DNA of 64,000 nucleotides from the human T2T-CHM13v2.0 reference genome, Homo sapiens. The notes beneath the pieces were generated by a model. The model had not been told where the DNA came from. It did no database searches and saw only the letters and a list, made by a program, of their open reading frames with translations. Both the position numbers and the translations under genes were made by a program. Shown here one piece after another: positions 54,701-64,000 of this stretch. The stretch lies in assembly GCF_009914755.1 (NCBI RefSeq), contig NC_060935.1, one strand, 5' to 3'. How positions within the stretch are numbered: the stretch's first letter is position 1; the number at the start of each line of letters is the position of its first letter.

Positions 54701-57700
54701 TTCAACTCACAGAGTTGAACCTTGCTTTCATAGTTCAGCTTTCAAACACTCTTTTTGTAGAATCTGCAAGTGGATATTTGGACACTTTGTGGCCTTCCTT
54801 CGAAACGGGTATATCTTCACATCAAACCTAGACAGAAGCATTCTCAGAATGTTTCCTGTGATGACTGCATTCAACTCACAGAGGTGAACAATCCTGCTGA
54901 TGGAGCAGTGTTGAAACTCTCTTTCTTTGGATTCTGCAAGTGGATATGTGGACCTCTGTGAAGATTTCGTTGGAAACGGGTTCATCTTCACAGAAAAACT
55001 AAACAGGAGCATTCTCAGAAACTGCTTTGTGATGTTTGTGTTCCACTTCAGGAATTGAACTTTCCTCTTGATAGAGCAGCTCTGAAACCCTCTTTTTCTA
55101 GAATCTGCAAGTGGACATTTGGAGGGCTTTGAGGCCTGTGGTGGAAAAGGAAAATCTTCACATAAAAACTAGATGGAAGCATTCTCAGAAACTACTTTGT
55201 GATGATTGCATTCGACTCACAGAGTTGAACATTCCTATAGATAGAGCAGGTTGTAAACAATCTTTTTGTAGAATCTGCGATTGGAGATTTGGACTGCTTT
55301 GAGGCCTACTGTAGTAAAGGAAATAACTTCATCTAAAAACCAAACGGAAGCATTCACAGACAATTCTTAGTGATCATTGGATTGAACTAACAGAGCTGAA
55401 CATTCCTTTAGATGGAGCAGTTTCCAAACACACTTTCTGTAGAATCTGCAAGTGGATATTTGGACCTCTCTGAGGATTTCGTTGGAAACGGGATAAACTT
55501 CCCAGAACTACACGGAAGCATTCTGAGAAACTTCTTTGTGATGTTTGCATTCAACTCACAGGGTTGAACCTTGCTTTCATAGTTCAGCTTTCAAACACTC
55601 TTTTTGTAGAATCTGCAAGTGGATATTTGGACCACTTTGTGGCCTTCCTTCGAAACGGGTATATCTTCACATCAAACCTAGACAGAAGCATTCTCAGAAT
55701 GTTTCCTGTGATGACTGCATTCACCTCACAGAGGTGAACAATCCTGCTGATGGAGCAGTTTTGAAACTCTCTTTCTTTGGATTCTGCAAGTGGATATGTG
55801 GACCTCTGTGAAGATTTCGTTGGAAACGGGTTCATCTTCACAGAAAAACTAAACAGGAGCATTCTCAGAAACTGCTTTGTGATGTTTGTGTTCCACTTCA
55901 GGAATTGAACTTTCCTCTTGACAGAGCAGCTCTGAAACCCTCTTTTTCCAGAATCTGCAAGTGGACATTTGAAGGGCTTTGAGGCCTGTGGTGGAAAAGG
56001 AATATCTTCACATAAAAACTAGATGGAAGCATTCTCAGAAACTACTTTGTGATGATTGCCTTCGACTCACAGAGTTGAACATTCCTATAGATAGAGCAGG
56101 TTGTAAACAATCTTTTTGTAGAATCTGCGATTGGAGATTTGGACTGCTTTGAGGCCTACTGTAGTAAAGGAAATAACTTCATCTAAAAACCAAACGGAAG
56201 CATTCACAGACAATTCTTAGTGATCATTGGAATGAACTAACAGAGCTGAACATTCCTTTAGATGGAGCAGTTTCCAAACACACTTTCTGTAGAATCTGCA
56301 AGTGGATATTTGGACTTCTCTGAGGATTTCGTTGGAAAAGGGATAAACTTTCCAGAACTACACGGAAGCATTGTGAGAAACTTCTTTGTGATGTTTGCAT
56401 TCAACTCACAGAGTTGAACCTTGCTTTCATAGTTCAGCTTTCAAACACTCTTTTTGTAGAATCTGCAAGTGGATATTTGGACCACTTTGTGGCCTTCCTT
56501 CGAAACGGGTATATCTTCACATCAAACCTAGACAGAAGCATTCTCAGAATGTTTCCTGTGATGACTGCATTCAACTCACAGAGGTGAACAATCCTGTTGA
56601 TGGAGCAGTTTTGAAACTCTCTTTCTTTGGATTCTGCAAGTGGATATGTGGACCTCTGTGAAGATTTCGTTGGAAACGGGTTCATCTTCACAGAAAAACT
56701 AACCAGGAGCATTCTCAGAAACTGCTTTGTGATGTTTGTGTTCCACTTCAGGAATTGAACTTTCCTCTTGACAGAGCAGCTCTGAAACCCTCTTTTTCCA
56801 GAATCTGCAAGTGGACATTTGGAGGGCTTTGAGGCCTGTGGTGGAAAAGGAAAATCTTCACATAAAAACTAGATGGAAGCATTCTCAGAAACTACTTTGT
56901 GACGATTGCATTCGACTCACAGAGTTGAACATTCCTATAGATAGAGCAGGTTGTAAACAATCTTTTTGTAGAATCTGCGATTGGAGATTTGGACTGCTTT
57001 GAGGCCTACTGCAGTAAAGGAAATAACTTCATCTAAAAACCAAACGGAAGCATTCAAAGACAATTCTTAGTGATCATTGGATTGAACTAACAGAGCTGAA
57101 CATTCCTTTAGATGGCGCAGTTTCCAAACACACTTTCTGTAGAATCTGCAAGTGGATATTTGGACCTCTCTGAGGATTTCGTTGGAAACGGGATAAACTT
57201 CCCAGAACTACACGGAAGCATTCTGAGAAACTTCTTTGTGATGTTTGCATTCAACTCACAGAGTTGAACCTTGCTTTCATAGTTCAGCTTTCAAACACTC
57301 TTTTTGTAGAATCTGCAAGTGGATATTTGGACCACTTTGTGGCTTTCCTTCGAAACGGGTATATCTTCACATCAAACCTAGACAGAAGCATTCTCAGAAT
57401 GTTTCCTGTGATGACTGCATTCAACTCACAGAGGTGAACAATCCTGCTGATGGAGCAGTTTTGAAACTCTCTTTCTTTGGATTCTGCAAGTGGATATGTG
57501 CACCTCTGTGAAGATTTCGTTGGAAACGGGTTCATCTTCACAGAAAAACTAAACAGGAGCATTCTCAGAAACTGCTTTGTGATGTTTGTGTTCCACTTCA
57601 GGAATTGAACTTTCCTCTTGACAGAGCAGCTCTGAAACCCTCTTTTTCCAGAATCTGCAAGTGGACATTTGGAGGGCTTTGAGGCCTGTGGTGGAAAAGG

Positions 57701-60700
57701 AAAATCTTCACATAAAAACTAGATGGAAGCATTCTCAGAAACTACTTTGTGATGATTGCATTCGACTCACAGAGTTGAACATTCCTATAGATAGAGCAGG
57801 TTGTAAACAATCTTTTTGTAGAATCTGCGATTGGAGATTTGGACTGCTTTGAGGCCTACTGTAGTAAAGGAAATAACTTCATCTAAAAACCAAACGGAAG
57901 CATTCACAGACAATTCTTAGTGATCATTGGATTGAACTAACGGAGCTGAACATTCCTTTAGATGGAGCAGTTTCCAAACACACTTTCTGTAGAATCTGCA
58001 AGTGGAAATTTAGACTTCTCTGAGGATTTCGTTGGAAACGGGATAAACTTCCCAGAACTACACGGAAGCATTCTGAGAAACTTCTTTGTGATGTTTGCAT
58101 TCAACTCACAGAGTTGAACCTTGCTTTCATAGTTCAGCTTTCAAACACTCTTTTTGTAGAATCTGCAAGTGGATATTTGGACCACTTTGTGGCCTTCCTT
58201 CGAAACGGGTATATCTTCAAATCAAACCTAGACAGAAGCATTCTCAGAATGTTTCCTGTGATGACTGCATTCAACTCACAGAGGTGAACAATCCTGTTGA
58301 TGGAGCAGTTTTGAAACTCTCTTTCTTTGGATTCTGCAAGTGGATATGTGGACCTCTGTGAAGATTTCGTTGGAAACGGGTTCATCTTCACAGAAAAACT
58401 AACCAGGAGCATTCTCAGAAACTGCTTTGTGATGTTTGTGTTCCACTTCAGGAATTGAACTTTCCTCTTGACAGAGCAGCTCTGAAACCCTCTTTTTCCA
58501 GAATCTGCAAGTGGACATTTGGAGGGCTTTGAGGCCTGTGGTGGAAAAGGAAAATCTTCACATAAAAACTAGATGGAAGCATTCTCAGAAACTACTTTGT
58601 GACGATTGCATTCGACTCACAGAGTTGAACATTCCTATAGATAGAGCAGGTTGTAAACAATCTTTTTGTAGAATCTGCGATTGGAGATTTGGACTGCTTT
58701 GAGGCCTACTGCAGTAAAGGAAATAACTTCATCTAAAAACCAAACGGAAGCATTCAAAGACAATTCTTAGTGATCATTGGATTGAACTAACAGAGCTGAA
58801 CATTCCTTTAGATGGCGCAGTTTCCAAACACACTTTCTGTAGAATCTGCAAGTGGATATTTGGACCTCTCTGAGGATTTCGTTGGAAACGGGATAAACTT
58901 CCCAGAACTACACGGAAGCATTCTGAGAAACTTCTTTGTGATGTTTGCATTCAACTCACAGAGTTGAACCTTGCTTTCATAGTTCAGCTTTCAAACACTC
59001 TTTTTGTAGAATCTGCAAGTGGATATTTGGACCACTTTGTGGCCTTCCTTCGAAACGGGTATATCTTCACATCAAACCTAGACAGAAGCATTCTCAGAAT
59101 GTTTCCTGTGATGACTGCATTCAACTCACAGAGGTGAACAATCCTGCTGATGGACCAGTTTTGAAACTCTCTTTCTTTGGATTCTGCAAGTGGATATGTG
59201 GACCTCTGTGAAGATTTCGTTGGAAACGGGTTCATCTTCACAGAAAAACTAAACAGGAGCATTCTCAGAAACTGCTTTGTGATGTTTGTGTTCCACTTCA
59301 GGAATTGAACTTTCCTCTTGACAGAGCAGCTCTGAAACCCTCTTTTTCTAGAATCTGCAAGTGGACATTTGGAGGGATTTGAGGCCTGTGGTGGAAAAGG
59401 AAAATCTTCACATAAAAACTAGATGGAAGCATTCTCAGAAACTACTTTGTGATGATTGCATTCGACTCACAGAGTTGAACATTCCTATAGATAGAGCAGG
59501 TTGTAAACAATCTTTTTGTAGAATCTGCGATTGGAGATTTGGACTGCTTTGAGGCCTACTGTAGTAAAGGAAATAACTTCATCTAAAAACCAAACGGAAG
59601 CATTCACAGACAATTCTTAGTGATCATTGGATTGAACTAACAGAGCTGAACATTCCTTTAGATGGAGCAGTTTCCAAACACACTTTCTGTAGAATCTGCA
59701 AGTGGATATTTGGACCTCTCTGAGGATTTCGTTGGAAATGGGATAAACTTCCCAGAACTACACGGAAGCATTCTGAGAAACTTCTTTGTGATGTTTGCAT
59801 TCAACTCACAGAGTTGAACCTTGCTTTGATAGTTCAGCTTTCAAACACTCTTTTTGTAGAATCTGCAAGTGGATATTTGGACCACTTTGTGGCCTTCCTT
59901 CGAAACGGGTATATCTTCACATCAAACCTAGACAGAAGCATTCTCAGAATGTTTCCTGTGATGACTGCATTCACCTCACAGAGGTGAACAATCCTGCTGA
60001 TGGAGCAGTTTTGAAACTCTCTTTCTTTGGATTCTGCAAGTGGATATGTGGACCTCTGTGAAGATTTCGTTGGTAACGGGTTCATCTTCACAGAAAAACT
60101 AACCAGGAGCATTCTCAGAAACTGCTTTGTGATGTTTGTGTTCCACTTCAGGAATTGAACTTTCCTCTTGACAGAGCAGCTCTGAAACCCTCTTTTTCCA
60201 GAATCTGCAAGTGGACATTTGAAGGGCTTTGAGGCCTGTGGTGGAAAAGGAAAATCTTCACATAAAAACTAGATGGAAGCATTCTCAGAAACTACTTTGT
60301 GACGATTGCATTCGACTCACAGAGTTGAACATTCCTATAGATAGAGCAGGTTGTAAACAATCTTTTTGTAGAATCTGCGATTGGAGATTTGGACTGCTTT
60401 GAGGCCTACTGTAGTAAAGGAAATAACTTCATCTAAAAACCAAACGGAAGCATTCAAAGACAATTCTTAGTGATCATTGGATTGAAGTAACAGAGCTGAA
60501 CATTCCTTTAGATGGCGCAGTTTCCAAACACACTTTCTGTAGAATCTGCAAGTGGATATTTGGACCTCTCTGAGGATTTCGTTGGAAACGGGATAAACTT
60601 CCCAGAACTACACGGAAGCATTCTGAGAAACTTCTTTGTGATGTTTGCATTCAACTCACAGAGTTGAACCTTGCTTTCATAGTTCAGCTTTCAAACACTC

Positions 60701-63700
60701 TTTTTGTAGAATCTGCAAGTGGATATTTGGACCACTTTGTGGCTTTCCTTCGAAACGGGTATATCTTCACATCAAACCTAGACAGAAGCATTCTCAGAAT
60801 GTTTCCTGTGATGACTGCATTCAACTCACAGAGGTGAACAATCCTGCTGATGGAGCAGTTTTGAAACTCTCTTTCTTTGGATTCTGCAAGTGGATATGTG
60901 CACCTCTGTGAAGATTTCGTTGGAAACGGGTTCATCTTCACAGAAAAACTAAACAGGAGCATTCTCAGAAACTGCTTTGTGATGTTTGTGTTCCACTTCA
61001 GGAATTGAACTTTCCTCTTGACAGAGCAGCTCTGAAACCCTCTTTTTCTAGAATCTGCAAGTGGACATTTGGAGGGCTTTGAGGCCTGTGGTGGAAAAGG
61101 AAAATCTTCACATAAAAACTAGATGGAAGCATTCTCAGAAACTACTTTGTGATGATTGCATTCGACTCACAGAGTTGAACATTCCTATAGATAGAGCAGG
61201 TTGTAAACAATCTTTTTGTAGAATCTGCGATTGGAGATTTGGACTGCTTTGAGGCCTACTGTAGTAAAGGAAATAACTTCATCTAAAAACCAAACGGAAG
61301 CATTCACAGACAATTCTTAGTGATCATTGGATTGAACTAACGGAGCTGAACATTCCTTTAGATGGCGCAGTTTCCAAACACACTTTCTGTAGAATCTGCA
61401 AGTGGATATTTGGACCTCTCTGAGGATTTCGTTGGAAAAGGGATAAACTTCACAGAACTACACGGAAGCATTGTGAGAAACTTCTTTGTGATGTTTGCAT
61501 TCAACTCACAGAGTTGAACCTTGCTTTGATAGTTCAGCTTTCAAACACTCTTTTTGTAGAATCTGCAAGTGGATATTTGGACCACTTTGTGGCCTTCCTT
61601 CGAAACGGGTATATCTTCACATCAAACCTAGACAGAAGCATTCTCAGAATGTTTCCTGTGATGACTGCATTCAACTCACAGAGGTGAACAATCCTGTTGA
61701 TGGAGCAGTTTTGAAACTCTCTTTCTTTGGATTCTGCAAGTGGATATGTGGACCTCTGTGAAGATTTCGTTGGAAACGGGTTCATCTTCACAGAAAAACT
61801 AACCAGGAGCATTCTCAGAAACTGCTTTGTGATGTTTGTGTTCCACTTCAGGAATTGAACTTTCCTCTTGACAGAGCAGCTCTGAAACACTCTTTTTCCA
61901 GAATCTGCAAGTGGACATTTGGAGGGCTTTGAGGCCTGTGGTGGAAAAGGAAAATCTTCACATAAAAACTAGATGGAAGCATTCTCAGAAACTACTTTGT
62001 GACGATTGCATTCGACTCACAGAGTTGAACATTCCTATAGATAGAGCAGGTTGTAAACAATCTTTTTGTAGAATCTGCGATTGGAGATTTGGACTGCTTT
62101 GAGGCCTACTGTAGTAAAGGAAATAACTTCATCTAAAAACCAAACGGAAGCATTCAAAGACAATTCTTAGTGATCATTGGATTGAAGTAACAGAGCTGAA
62201 CATTCCTTTAGATGGCGCAGTTTCCAAACACACTTTCTGTAGAATCTGCAAGTGGATATTTGGACCTCTCTGAGGATTTCGTTGGAAACGGGATAAACTT
62301 CCCAGAACTACACGGAAGCATTCTGAGAAACTTCTTTGTGATGTTTGCATTCAACTCACAGAGTTGAACCTTGCTTTCATAGTTCAGCTTTCAAACACTC
62401 TTTTTGTAGAATCTGCAAGTGGATATTTGGACCACTTTGTGGCCTTCCTTCGAAACGGGTATATCTTCAAATCAAACCTAGACAGAAGCATTCTCAGAAT
62501 GTTTCCTGTGATGACTGCATTCAACTCACAGAGGTGAACAATCCTGTTGATGGAGCAGTTTTGAAACTCTCTTTCTTTGGATTCTGCAAGTGGATATGTG
62601 GACCTCTGTGAAGATTTCGTTGGAAACGGGTTCATCTTCACAGAAAAACTAAACAGAAGCATTCTCAGAAACTGCTTTGTGATGTTTGTGTTCACTTCAA
62701 GAATTGAACTTTCCTCTTGACGGAGCAGCTCTGAAACCCTCTTTTTCTAGAATCTGCAAGTGGACATTTGGAGGGCTTTGAGGCCTGTGGTGGAAAAGGA
62801 AAATCTTCACATAAAAACTAGATGGAAGCATTCTCAGAAACTACTTTGTGATGATTGCATTCGACTCACAGAGTTGAACATTCCTATAGATAGAGCAGGT
62901 TGTAAACAATCTTTTTGTAGAATCTGCGATTGGAGATTTGGACTGCTTTGAGGCCTACTGTAGTAAAGGAAATAACTTCATCTAAAAACCAAACGGAAGC
63001 ATTCACAGACAATGCTTAGTGATCATTGGATTGAACTAACAGAGCTGAACATTCCTTTAGATGGAGCAGTTTCCAAACACACTTTCTGTAGAATCTGCAA
63101 GTGGATATTTGGACCTCTCTGAGGATTTCGTTGGAAACGGGATAAACTTCCCAGAACTACACGGAAGCATTCTGAGAAACTTCTTTGTGATGTTTGCATT
63201 CAACTCACAGAGTTGAACCTTGCTTTCATAGTTCAGCTTTCAAACACTCTTTTTGTAGAATCTGCAAGTGGATATTTGGACCACTTTGTGGCCTTCCTTC
63301 GAAACGGGTATATCTTCACATCAAACCTAGACAGAAGCATTCTCAGAATGTTTCCTGTGATGACTGCATTCAACTCACAGAGGTGAACAATCCTGCTGAT
63401 GGAGCAGTTTTGAAACTCTCTTTCTTTGGATTCTGCAAGTGGATATGTGGACCTCTGTGAAGATTTCGTTGGAAACGGGTTCATCTTCACAGAAAAACTA
63501 AACAGGAGCATTCTCAGAAACTGCTTTGTGATGTTTGTGTTCCACTTCAGGAATTGAACTTTCCTCTTGACAGAGCAGCTCTGAAACCCTCTTTTTCCAG
63601 AATCTGCAAGTGGACATTTGGAGGGCTTTGAGGCCTGTGGTGGAAAAGGAAAATCTTCACATAAAAACTAGATGGAAGCATTCTCAGAAACTACTTTGTG

Positions 63701-64000
63701 ACGATTGCATTCGACTCACAGAGTTGAACATTCCTATAGATAGAGCAGGTTGTAAACAATCTTTTTGTAGAATCTGCGATTGGAGATTTGGACTGCTTTG
63801 AGGCCTACTGTAGTAAAGGAAATAACTTCATCTAAAAACCAAACGGAAGCATTCAAAGACAATTCTTAGTGATCATTGGATTGAAGTAACAGAGCTGAAC
63901 ATTCCTTTAGATGGAGCAGTTTCCAAACACACTTTCTGTAGAATCTGCAAGTGGATATTTGGACCTCTCTGAGGATTTCGTTGGAAACGGGATAAACTTC

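Larger units (their letters stand above)
1..64000 (+). repeat. Alpha-satellite higher-order repeat array, 850-bp 5-mer HOR, about 75.3 tandem copies (SF3 pentamer; probably human chr11 D11Z1)
   Basis: Alphoid motifs (CATTCTCAGAAACT, TTGTGATG, TCAACTCACAGAG, TAGAATCTGCAAGTGGA) recur every ~171 bp and the sequence repeats nearly exactly every 850 bp (ORF starts 301, 1151 ... 63194 = 74x850 - 7). BBBAA monomer order, a 167-bp monomer and one XbaI site per 0.85 kb match D11Z1 from prior knowledge. Alpha-satellite call is near certain; chromosome assignment about 0.85. Confidence 0.98.

Noticed and set aside
301-63801. Recurrent 63-145 aa ORFs on both strands (MHSTHRVEP..., MDIWRALRP..., MKWNTNITK...)
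   Set aside because: They are translations of alpha-satellite recurring every 850 bp, mostly with non-ATG starts, freely broken by stops and frameshifts, with no recognisable domain.
1-64000. CRISPR-like regular repeat pattern
   Set aside because: No unique spacers and no cas genes; the whole period is repeated.
1-64000. Assignment to other SF3 arrays (DXZ1 12-mer, D17Z1 16-mer, D1Z5 11-mer)
   Set aside because: The period here is strictly 5 monomers (850 bp), not ~2.0, ~2.7 or ~1.9 kb.
1-64000. Embedded transposon, inversion or hidden non-satellite insert
   Set aside because: The 850-bp phase holds from end to end apart from seven 1-bp deletions, and every stretch read was alphoid in the same orientation.

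Overview
The whole 64 kb window is one uninterrupted, single-orientation array of primate centromeric alpha-satellite DNA. It is built from an 850-bp pentameric higher-order repeat (HOR; monomer spacings 167+171+171+170+171 bp), about 75.3 copies. Each HOR has three B-type monomers (two intact CENP-B boxes, one fixed degenerate box), two A-type pJalpha-like monomers and usually one XbaI site. This matches the suprachromosomal family 3 (W1-W5) pentamer and most likely the human chromosome 11 active array D11Z1. I saw no genes, RNA genes, transposon insertions, inversions or monomer-deleted HORs; all listed ORFs are artefacts of the repeat. I found no evidence of a new biological system. What is of interest is the mutational stratigraphy: HOR haplotype domains, nested 2-, 3-, 4-, 7-, 24- and 26-HOR duplications, an incipient 10-mer super-repeat, mosaic units, seven 1-bp deletions, and CENP-B box knock-outs dominated by C:G>A:T transversions. 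Variants were read by eye, so counts are minimums and boundaries approximate.
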